From Psammoneis japonica (taxonomy: Eukaryota): a DNA stretch of 64,000 bases. Shown here piece by piece: positions 14,701 to 25,106 of this stretch (position 1 is the stretch's first letter; each line of letters opens with the position of its first letter). The DNA lies in NCBI GenBank assembly GCA_008632985.1, contig QPGO01000008.1:538979-602978 (forward strand). The letters run 5' to 3'. The notes under the pieces were generated by a model. It was given only the letters and a program-made list of their open reading frames with translations. It made no database searches and was not told the origin of the DNA. Position numbers and translations under genes: made by a program.

Positions 14701-15462
14701 CCCTGCATGTGACCAGGTGTTTTACACAGAAGAGGCCATGCATGCATTGTGTGCACCAGGACAATGCAGAAACATGCCCGTGTGTTCCAGGGCAGTGCAG
14801 CAACACATGCACGCAAATTGTTGTCTCATCTTTGTTCTGTCATTTCAGACCTTTTTTCCCAATGGGCTGTTGGCCAAATGGCCTGCTGTGTCATCACATT
14901 TGGGGGGTAAAAATGTCCTGAAAACATGTGCTGATGGCTCTGGCAGAGGTGTGCTGGTGGTGGTGGCTGGCACGCCAAAGAGCTGGCGACAATGCAAACA
15001 GCATGAAGAGAAGCTGGGACAATGTGCAACCCAGCACCAAGTGCAGTTGGTGACTCTAAAGCTGACTGATCACAAAAGTTCTCAAGGAGGTTTCCATTGC
15101 ACCTCGACGACACTCTGGCAAGTTGAGAGCTGGTGCCTTCCTTCTTTGCCTTCGGCGTTGATTTTGTGGGTGGGGAGATGATGTTGCTGCAGTGTGCTTC
15201 ATGCCTCTGCTGGGCGTGAGAGGAGCTGACATGATTGCAAAGGCAAAGTGGCATTGTCACAATGGTTTGTGTTGCTGCGATGTTGGTTGCAATGGACCAA
15301 CAACCAACTCTGAAGAGGGATCTTGATCCCGCGACGTACGACGCACGCACATCTAGACCACTGATTTCCATCTCTAGAGAGGGCCCTACACTCTAGTAGA
15401 GAGAGGGCCCTGCAGCATTCTGATTTGGCGGCGGCGGGCTCCGCGTCCGCGTGAGCTCGCTG

Positions 15463-17660
15463 GGAGTTGCATGAAATGTCGAAATTTTCGTTTTTCCCTG
15501 TTTTTCGTGGTTTTTCGTGTTTTTTCGTGACGACAATTCATTTTACACATCCCCTGAAACGTTGCATTTTGGGCCATGCGAACACCAGACACCAGATAGA
15601 AGATGGGGTCGAACGGCGAACGCGGCGATGGTTCGTTGATGCGAAGCGAAAGTCAGTGCCGTCCACCGTCACCGTGCATGCCATTGTCATCCACAAACCT
15701 GTGTCACCAGTCAATCTAAGATGACAAGATGGTGAAGCTAATGCCAGTGCGTTGATTTTCAAAAAGAGATTGGAGTGATGGTGCGCAACAAGTCCAGATT
15801 TACAGTTGACTCCACTCCGACACAAAACCATTTTCTCATCGTGTCTTTGTGTGCTCCACCACAGATTCCCGGCAAAATGGTTTCAGAACAATGCAGATTC
15901 AGAAAACAAAGGCACACAACAAGTGAGTGGGCAGGAACCCATGAGAAAGGTTGCCTTCATCATGAAGAAGGCCCCACAACTCACACACTGCTGCATGTCC
16001 TGCAAAGTGCTCAAGCATGACGCGAACCCATTGGTTCCAAATCCACTCCGATCTTGTCTGCCTCTGAATGACTGTCCTTGCAAGACAATCCACTGTGGCT
16101 CTGGGCAGGCGCATTTGCATGGTGAGCAGTGCAGTCGTGTGTTGCGCATTTGATGTTTTACACTGTGCTAAAATGATTGACACCGCGCTGTTGCCATGCA
16201 GCAGTGTTTTTGTTGCCGCAGGTGGATTGATGGTTCCATGCATTGTCGGGCAGGGTTCTCATTCGTTTCCAACGTCTAAAAACAATCTTTTGATGTCAGG
16301 CCTTTTAGAGAGATTCCCTTCGGGAACGCTTTTGGTGCGGTTTCGGAACGCTTTTGGTGCGGTCCGGAACGGTGGAAACACGGGAATGACGAAATGCCTG
16401 TTTCGTTGAATGGCATTTCCGTGTTGGAGCTGTTGGCGGTTGTCACAGATGTGGTTCAACAATGCCAGTGGTTACAATGCACCCTTGCAGTTCAACTCAC
16501 AGCCACTGCAACTCAAAATTGTTGCGACTTCTGCCAGCCGTTCTTTTTCTTAGAGAAAATAGAAACCTGTTTTGACGGGTGTGCCTTTTTGCAATAAATC
16601 CATGCAATCTGTTAAACTTTTACACTGTTGTGCCACACTCAAATAGTTCTGACAATGGTGCACCAATTGCAATGCATCACATGTCTCATTGGCGAATTGA
16701 CCGGCTCCAAAGTTTGATTTCCGCGCGAATTAGTGCATGTGAGAACGTTCTCGGAACGCTTTTGGAACGCTTTTGGAACGCTTTTGGAACGGCATGCAAG
16801 GGAATCTTGAACGACAACAATCCAAAATAGTCTCTAGCCCCAGTCCCCCCAAGAGGCCTTTTTTGGTTTTGGCGGTTGGAGCCATTTGGCGGGTTTGAAT
16901 TTGAAATCTGTGCTGTCGCACGAAGCGATGAGGTTGAGACAGTCGTGACTGGTTCAAATCGGAGTTCGGGATCGAGAAGGGAACTCAACGGCGTCTCTTG
17001 CAGTCGCACGTACGGTGCCATGCGCATCATCATGCGTGCAGAAACGCCGTGACAACGTGATGTGCTCATGGCAACTGCTTGTGATGCACACATGGACACA
17101 CAAATTTGAACACAGTAGAAAATGAGCGCACAGGCAGGCACCGACAGAAGGTGTCGTCATCATCGATTGTCGCACCGTTTTGTCGTTCATTTCAGTGCTT
17201 GATGTCACCATGCCAACCCAATTGAGTGAGTGCAGGTTGTCATTTTTCACGCACTGTGCAACATCATTTAAACATTCTCATTCCATCCAGTGGGTTGTCT
17301 TCTCAACGAGAAATTTTGGCGGGGTCTGGTGAAGACACAACCACCTGCATTTCTGGGGGCATTTTGTCTCAGCACTGGTTGGGAAAAAGGCAATTGTTGA
17401 GAAACCTTCCATGGAATTTCGACATTTTGTCAAATCAAACAGAGCCCCAAAAACACAGGATTTGTCCTGCAGCCAAATGCAACATTGTGTGTCTGTGGCA
17501 TGTCCCCTGGCAAAAAGTGCGAGCAGCGTTTTGGTGGCAAGTGCACAAACTTTCGCAGCATCGTGCAGACTGTGGCGGCACTCGCGTGCAGGCAGGTCTC
17601 TCTGACATTCTGTGCGTTTTTGCAGGGAAAAACAAAAATTTTGACATTTCATGCAACTCC
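15463..17660. mobile_element. Non-autonomous TIR DNA transposon, about 2.2 kb, 38-39 bp TIRs, candidate 3-bp TSD CTG (PIF/Harbinger-like)
   Basis: 15462-15500 GGGAGTTGCATGAAATGTCGAAATTTTCGTTTTTCCCTG is the reverse complement of 17623-17661 except for two mismatches, both at CpG; CTG at 15460-15462 and 17661-17663. Confidence 0.8.
16323..16791 (+). repeat. Two clusters of GGAACGCTTTT(GG) short repeats
   Basis: 16323-16372 (GGAACGCTTTTGGTGCGGT x2 plus partial) and 16753-16791 (GGAACGCTTTT x3 plus partial). Confidence 0.85.
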
Positions 17661-17842
17661 CTGGCTGGGCAACGCTTCGACCGCGCGCTCGTCGTTGCGA
17701 AAGATCTTCGTTTTCAGACATTGGACAACCGTCTCAAGCTGCTCTCGATTGTTCCAACCAATTGGCTCCAGTGCTTTGCCTCTGAGGCCGAATCTTGCAC
17801 TCGACTTGGAGATTGGTGTCGCCGCACGGTGCCAAATTCAAG

Positions 17843-20800
17843 ATGACCGGAGCAGCCGACTTCCATCCACACATGAAGCGCCCACACTCGAAAGATCGTC
17901 GAAAACGATTTCTGGCCCACTTTTTGTCTCAGAACGATCCAAACACTCTGGGACGATTTGTTGTTTTGTCGTGGAAACGCACAGGAACCAACCTGTTGTG
18001 TGGGATTTTGCACCAGCATCACGAAATCATCATGCATGACGAACTTTTCAATCCCATTGACACATTTTCTTATCATCCTGCCGTCTTTTCTGATGAAGGC
18101 TCAGATGGGGGACCCCCCTCCTTGGGAACAACACGGGGCCCTCGCTGGACCGTGCTCACGCGAGACCTTTTCCCCGAGGATTTCTTGGATTGTGTTTGGA
18201 TGGGATCCCATCCCAGTGGTGCTCGCATCAAACCTCGCGGCAAAGTTGTGGGCTTCAAATCATTTCCCGAACACTGGAATGATGTGCGAAACCAAGCAGC
18301 CTTTCAGCGCGCTCTACTCGAAGATTTTCGAATCAAGAAGATCCTTTTGTCTCGCGATGATGAGTTGGCTGTTCACGTTTCTATGCTGCGAGCAGATCGA
18401 ACAGGAACTTACTCAACACACGCTTGCCCAAGAGATTTGAAGCTCTTTGTCGACCCTGCCAAGTTTCAATCCTTTCTATGCAACTGCCGCACAACTTTTG
18501 GTCGCCGGCACAAGTCTCCGATGATTGGACGGGATGCATTCTCGCTTGCATGCGAACAGATGGTTGACGATGAAGAGCACTTTTCGAGTGAAGTCCTTCC
18601 GATGCTGTGTGAATTTTTGGGGGTCGATCGCTCAGTGCCTCTCAAAAAGCTCCGAGAAATGGTCAAGCAAGCCAACCCGGACGAAGACCTTTCTCAAGTC
18701 ATCAAGAACTACGAGAATTGGAGTTCTGTTTTCGCCACAGTGACGTCCTTCATTTCGTGAAACAGAGGGAGCATGCTGTGCATGCAAAAAGAGCCGATTC
18801 TAGTGTGAGGGGATGTGCTCCAGTGCCTCCCAAAGAACCTGCTACATGGAGCCCATTGTTGCCTGTCTGCTCTCGAGGCAAATCCCTGCAGATCCCTGGC
18901 AAACACCAAGTCAATGCCAAACACGAATGCAATGCGAATCGCTTTGTAGAACTGGCAAAAGCGTCTCAGCACGAGCCAATTGCACAGTTGGAAAACGCTG
19001 CCTTGTGTTGGTCAATGTTGGAAGACTTTGTCGAAACGTTGGTGGCGACGTCCTCTGACACCCAACTACGAAGAACTGAGGCTATCTTTGGAATCGACAT
19101 TGATGACCCACTTTGCCAGAACGATGCAGCGCGGCATAAAATTGAACGCATGGTGCCTTGCAAAGTCAGGTTCGTGAATGTCAAGCCAGAAATGTACGGA
19201 AAGCTTTGTCGAATTTGGAATTTGCTTGCGAAACACTCAAAACACGACTTTGTCGTCCCACTCGGCGACGACATTCGTTTGCTCGACCCTGGGTGGCAGG
19301 AACGAATTGTCGAGAAATTTTGTCGCATTGCAGAAAGGACAGGCTCCCATTGGGTGCAGCATGTGTTGCAATGAACGACTTGTGCTTTCCTGGCTTTCCC
19401 ACCTTTCCTGTCATGCATCGTTGGCACATTGATTGCTTTCGGACACTTCTCCCGAAGCAATTTGTCAATCAGGGTGGAGACCCTTGTCCACATGAACTCT
19501 GCTCTTGCTTCAATGCGGCGGAGTTCGTACAGTGTTGCAGACTCCGAAATGCAATTGGCGGCGATGGCGATGCCCGCTGCCAGAAGCATCACACAAACTG
19601 GAGGGGTCAGATGCTCAATGTGGGTCTGAGGCATCTTCGCAACGAGCTTTGACTTGGCACACCTCGAGGGGTGGTCCTGGACATCGTCGTGCCATCATGC
19701 CGAACCAACAACAATGAACACCTGGAACGAATTGTTCGCCTCCGTGCCTCTGTACCAGCTCACGTGAAATTTTGGATCGTTGTGGACAACCCCTTGGATG
19801 CACATGCAAAAAGCGTCCAAGAACTCGCCCGTCGTCTAAACGAAGAGCAGCTGCGCTTATCCAGCAGTTGTTTCATCAATGTGATTCACTGCGGTGCCAA
19901 TCGCGGGGCTAGTTGCGCTCGAAATGCGGGGTGCAATTGTTCGACTGCAGATTGGATTCTCTTTCTTGATGACGACGTCATTCCAGACGAGAAGCTTCTC
20001 GACGCACATGTTGGCAGTCTACGTTGGCATCCCGACGGAAAGGTGTTTGTTGGCTACACTGAGCTCCCAGAACCAACGAATTGGTGGACAAAGATGCTAC
20101 GAACTTGCAATGTTGGGTGCTTTTACGGCATGGCAAAGCAAAACACTATGACAAATCTGCCGTGGGGAGTTGCTGCGAATCTCATGGTCCGCGGATCACG
20201 CTTCAACCCCACAATTCAGTTTGAGCATGTCCACCCAAAAACTGGTGGTGGGGAAGACATCGATCTTGTCTGCCAATGCAAGAGCTGCTGCCCAATGTCA
20301 GGCATGCGAGCAACTGTCGCTGTCCCAGAAGCCAGAGCATGTCATCCATGGTGGAACAACGGCAACATTTGCTGCAAGCAGATTGCGGGGTGGGCCAAAG
20401 GTGATTCGCTGTGCATCACAGAGTGGCCCGAGAAGACTTTTTTTGCGTGTCCAAATTGGATTGAGCACATCTTGTTTTTCATTCTACCTGGGTCAATCTA
20501 CAGTCGACGTCCCCTTGCAGGGCTTGCTGCTGCGGTGAGCGTTGTCGTCCTGGAGCATGGTCTCAAAGGCATGAGATGCTACCTTGACGCCTGTCAACAT
20601 TGCGGGGACGGCAGCTCTTGGTTGCAAAGATCTTTTGCAGCAGTTGGAGCCGGGACCGCACTCTCGTCTCAGGAGACAACTCGAACGTTGTGCTTGACAT
20701 CTCGTTTCTCTCCGCACTCCCTCTTCCGTCACGTTGACTGGTTCGATGGCCAACAACCGACAATCAAGCTTGACATTCAGCTTTCTTCCATTGTTCGTTT

Positions 20801-20873
20801 TGCTGTCAACATTGGCATTTCATCTGCAGCACATCTGTTTTGCACAAGAGGAGCCCAGGAAACTTCCGCCTGA
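17843..20873 (+). pseudogene. Hypermutated Stf0-type sulfotransferase + GT-A domain + GT2 glycosyltransferase fusion gene
   Basis: PAPS-loop WKRTGTNLL and VVGFKSF; GT-like GDDIRLLDPGW..PGFPTFPV..FVNQGGDP; GT2 LDIVVPS, NRGASCARNAG, WILFLDDD, GGGEDID; frameshifts at about 18716 and 19345; in-frame TGA at 19650 (probable CGA); start codon uncertain. Confidence 0.82.
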
Positions 20874-20999
20874 TTCCCAACAGTTCAAAGCGAATCATGC
20901 TCGAAATGCTTTTTACAGGAGAAATGAGAGACTTGCCAGACGATCGCACCACAAAACAATCATTGAAACAAGGATCTTGAAACAATCGTCAGACTCCTG

Positions 21000-23620
21000 C
21001 GGGGAGAGCCTGCAAATCCGTCACCAGCAGCAGCCCCTCTCTTCAACAAACACTTGGGTGCTTTTCCACAATCACGTTAAGAGCAAACACAGATGGAAGT
21101 GCCGTGCAGTGAAGCCATCCACCACGTTCGTCCAATGCTGCGGGTGCTGCACATTTGCTGTCTTCTCCATCACATTCTGTCCAAGGGTGCAGCTGCTTTG
21201 CATTAGCTCTCTTCTGCTTTTGACGTGTGGTGTCGCGCATTGGCGAAGCGCACTTGAGATAAGAACTCGACTGGCCAGTGCTGCAAAGGCAGCTCAATGA
21301 TTTGCAGTGCATGTTTCATGACGGGGCATCCATCATGCATTTGGACTATGAAGGCAGTGCATTGTTTTCATGTTGAAACAATGGAGCTGCTTCTCTAGAG
21401 AGAGAAGGCTGCAGCTCAATGTCATGTGTCATGTTCAAGAATGACAATGTCCATTTCACCAGCCTTGCACAGACTCCCCAAAGCTTTGGTCCAATGCCTG
21501 TGACAGTGCTTCACTTTCTTGGACACGACGCACCTTGGAGGTGCCACAGATTTGCACTTTGGTGCAAGCCAAAACCCCATCTGCCATGTTGGGCTCAAGG
21601 CACTTGACCAACATGTCAGTTTGTTGTGTGTTTGACTTTGTCCAGAACAACATGTTGTTTTCTCTTGCATTTTGGGGTGGTGGACTCAAGACATTGATCC
21701 CAGGTGAGTTTTGAAGTGGCACAGCCTTGGAAATGGCGGGGGATGCATTGAAACAGCCGTGCAAATGGCTGAACATTCAAGGAAGTTGAGAGTGTGAGCA
21801 CAATGCTTCTGTCTTCACTTGGGTGTGTGTGCCAATGATTTGGCACAAAAACAACATCAAGGAGTGGCCCCAACCTGGGAAGTTGAACACACTGCCTTGG
21901 TCATTCAGATTTCAATCTTCAAGAACAAATTCTCTCAGCAGGAAGCAGCATCATTGGGTTGCATGTTGTTCCAGAGCTGACCAAGATCACGTTCATTGAG
22001 CCATGTTCTTCCTTCTTGACCAAAAGTTATGATGCCCTGGCCACAGAGTGACTTTTGGTGTGCCCATCAGGGGGCTTGGTGTGATGCTGTTGTCCAGCTG
22101 CAGCCTGAGATCTGTGCAAAATGCAGAGCTCCTGCATGTGCAACACAGAGAACCAGGCAACAACAGACAATGGAGGCAAGTTGGGAACAAGAAACCCCAG
22201 CAAGTGCCAGGACCGTCACAACCATGAGCACCACAGCAAATGACAACAAGAAAGACCTCATGATGAGAGATCTGATCAGCAGCACAAAGAGGTCTCATCA
22301 TCATCCATGTGCAGTCTGCCTGTGCAAAGTTGGCAGAATGCACCTTCCCTGATTTGCAGTGTCTGCTTGGGCAATGCAGGTTGCAGGAAAGTGCACACAA
22401 TGCAATGGCACACCAGGAAGGCACAGCTGTTGCAGACCAGACAAGAGAAACAATGACCACAGACAGCTCAAACAGACAGCACATGGCAACAAGCAACACT
22501 CTAGAGGCAACGTGTTCTCAGCAAAAGCTGTTGTCAATGCCAGCATTGATCACTCACATTAGACATGCTGCACATGCCCTGTTCAAAGTGTCCACGGTCA
22601 TTGCAAGAGGATTGGCAAAGATGCCAAGAAACATGCTGTGCAACAGCATGGCCAGCATCATCCCTGCGGTCTTGAAGTGCAAAATTCTGAGTGTTGCACA
22701 AGTGCTTGGTGGTCAGGAAGCAATTGATGATGATCTTAATTGCAGACCTGTTGTTGACAACAATGGGGCACAGGACCTTCTCAGGAAAGCCCACCAGCTG
22801 GCAGTTCTCGTGGAGAGCACTGCTGCGCGTGCCAACAAATCAGCAGCACTGCACAGCTGCAGACACAATCATTGTCCAGGTGGTTAGACCACAACCAAGG
22901 AGCACCACATGTCTGTGAGTTGAGAAACACAGATCAGTGCTTGTGTGGGGACATTTGTGATCAAGGATTGTGCGGCTCTGATGTGAGTGCACAATGCCAC
23001 CCAGGCTGGGCAGGCAGCTGCAACAACCTTTTGCTTCTGTGTGGTGCACTGCATGTCTGGAAAAGAAATGCAAGTGCTGGCAATTGTGCCCACAAGTGCA
23101 GCCCACTTGGAAAATCCAAACAAAGTTGAGGGTGTCATGAAACATTTAAGATGCAAGCAGCCAATGACCATGCAGCCAGTGTGCCAACTTGCTTGTAAAT
23201 GAAAGCCCACAACAAGGGAGACAGCTGGTCTTTGTTGAGTCAAGAACTGCAGAGCGGCACTGGAAAAGTGCCAAGCAATCTCACAATTTTTTATTTTTAG
23301 AACCAAACTCAGAACCCCAGTCTTCTTTTCCTTTTTGCACTCAACCTCTTTTTTTGAGGCACAATGGCCGGCAGCCACAAGTGCTGTGTCAAGCGCACAG
23401 GTGCAAAGTGTGATGATGTTTTCTGCAGAGCTTGTTGCAACTGGCCACTGAGTCTTGCATCAAAACAAAACAGCAGCTCCAGCCAACACAGAGACGGTGT
23501 CCACCAGACCTGGGCAATGGCCAAGCAGCAGCAACGCACAGCTTGTTGTTGTTGTTGTTGTTGTTGTTTTTGATTCTTCAAACCACCAGCCCAATTGCTG
23601 CAATCTCCAGATGAGACACT
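21000..23620 (-). mobile_element. Decayed Ty1/Copia 3' region (RNase H remnant plus downstream sequence), paralogous to about 52200-55990
   Basis: Minus-strand NRSAIKIIIN..TQNFALQD..QHVS resembles Copia RNase H; collinear nucleotide similarity to 52200-52750 and 54600-55990; about 540-bp unrelated segment at 22880-23420; (TTG)n at about 23542-23567. Confidence 0.65.
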
Positions 23621-23958
23621 CAAACCCCTCATCAACAACAAAGTTTCTATCCGATCAATGAAGCACAAGCGCTCATCATGCGGTAGACCCCAGTCTACGG
23701 TACGGTAAGGATAGATGTCGACCTTTCGTTCGTCGTCCGTCGTCCGTCGACCGACAGCGCGGCGATCGCCGCGAGGTTCGAGGTGCGCAGAGCGGCAGAG
23801 CGGGCGATGACAATGATCGGAGAGCGGAGAGGAAAGCAGCAACAATACAACAAACGCACAGTCTTTCCTTTGTTTCGACCCACAAGGTCTCTTTCTACTC
23901 TTTACGTTTTTGATATTTGTCCTGTTGCACTGTTTTGATTTTGATCTACAATAAAGTA

Positions 23959-25018
23959 ATGTCCTCGAGTGTGATGCAAAATAATGGCCTTGGCGTTGGG
24001 CAACCGTGGTTCCTCGGTGCACCGCTAACCAAGGTTGTGTGTCTGACTGTGGGCCTTTCCTTTGTTTTTATAGAGCTTAGGAAGGCTCACGGTACCTTGG
24101 ATGTTGGTAAGTATTTTGTCAACGCGTGTGTGCGTCTGCGTGTTTGTGTCTCGTTGTGTCTCGGAGTCAGTCGCTCACCATGTTGCAAAAACAAAACACT
24201 ACCCGACTCTCTCAACTCTCAACTCGTACTATTTTAGATTTTGAAAAGATAATAACGGTGGAGAGTATTATCGCCTCGTAACGGGTCATATTAGCTATAA
24301 TTCAGGAGGAGAATGCATCATGGGTTTGGGTGTGTTGGGTCACTTGATGAGACGATTTGAACGTGAAATGGCCAGCCGCAAACTGTGTAGCTTTCTCGTC
24401 CTGGTGGGAGTCCTTGCCGTATTGTTGGAAATGGCTTTTTGTCAAATTTTGGCCTTGAATGTAACCTATGCTGGTCCATATCCGTGGGTGGGTGCACTCT
24501 TGTGGCTCTATCATTGCTACACACCGCGGGTTCATCCTCGCTTTTTTGGTATTCTCGGATTTCACTTTTCCGAAAAGGCAATTACCTATGCCTTTTGTTT
24601 TCAAGTGGTTTTTGTTGGATGGATCAACACCTTGTTTCCAACTGTGTGTGGTGCCTTGGCGTCCTTCATTTGGTGCAAGTCGCCCTTGTCCAAGGTGAAT
24701 GTAATGCCAAATGCTGTTTGGAACGCAATGGAATCTGTGATTTCTCGACTCGTGGAGGATCCCCCGCGTGTGTTTGCAGCTCCGGGCTATGGTGGTGGCA
24801 GAGGGGGCGGCGGTGGTGCGAGACAACGCCGAGTCGTTCCTCCTGCAGCTGCTGTTCCACGAGCAGCCGTACCCATGCGTCCGCCATCGCCTCCACCGGA
24901 AATCATGATTGATCAACTCGTCAGCATGGGTTTTGAACGAGAGGCTGTAATACGTGCCTTGCGAGCAACCAACAACAATGTCGAACGGGCAGCTGATCAA
25001 TTACTCATGGGGGGATAA
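23959..25018 (+). CDS. Rhomboid-like pseudoprotease with C-terminal UBA domain (UBAC2/Dsc2-like), 2 exons
   Basis: Exon 1 23959-24106 (APLTKVV), donor GTAAGT at 24107; exon 2 in frame from 24249 (EYYRLVT, RRFEREMASRK, FSEKAITY); UBA IDQLVSMGFEREAVIRALRATNNNVERAADQLL. Confidence 0.82.
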
Positions 25019-25106
25019 TGTGACTAGAAAGTGTGCAACAACAATTAGATTGGTTTACATCAAAACGATAACAAAAAACTAGAGCACTACTACTAGCAGT
25101 AGCCAC

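Larger units (their letters stand above)
4140..15325. repeat. Decayed transposon domain depleted of both TpA and CpG, enriched in TpG/CpA
   Basis: Almost no CG or TA over about 11 kb; track ORFs essentially lack Tyr and are Cys/His/Gln/Met/Trp-rich; recognisable transposase remnants inside. Confidence 0.9.

Noticed and set aside
4140..15325. Dozens of overlapping 60-270 aa Cys/His/Gln/Trp-rich ORFs as novel metal-binding proteins
   Set aside because: By-product of TA loss (TAA, TAG and Tyr codons removed; TG/CA codons created); they occur in all six frames
15372..15400. Helitron 3' end (palindrome plus CTAG-T)
   Set aside because: Hairpin too short and no Rep/helicase remnant recognised
16323..16791. 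CRISPR array or telomeric repeat
   Set aside because: Short units without unique spacers, eukaryotic context, no cas genes; not a TTAGGG-like array
17843..20873. Alternative genetic code or ADAR-type RNA hyper-editing fixed by retrotransposition
   Set aside because: Neighbouring genes use Tyr codons normally; changes occur on both strands (Tyr>Cys and Tyr>His) and also affect DNA transposons
4140..23640. Classical fungal RIP
   Set aside because: RIP creates TpA and depletes CpA; here TpA is lost and CpA/TpG gained
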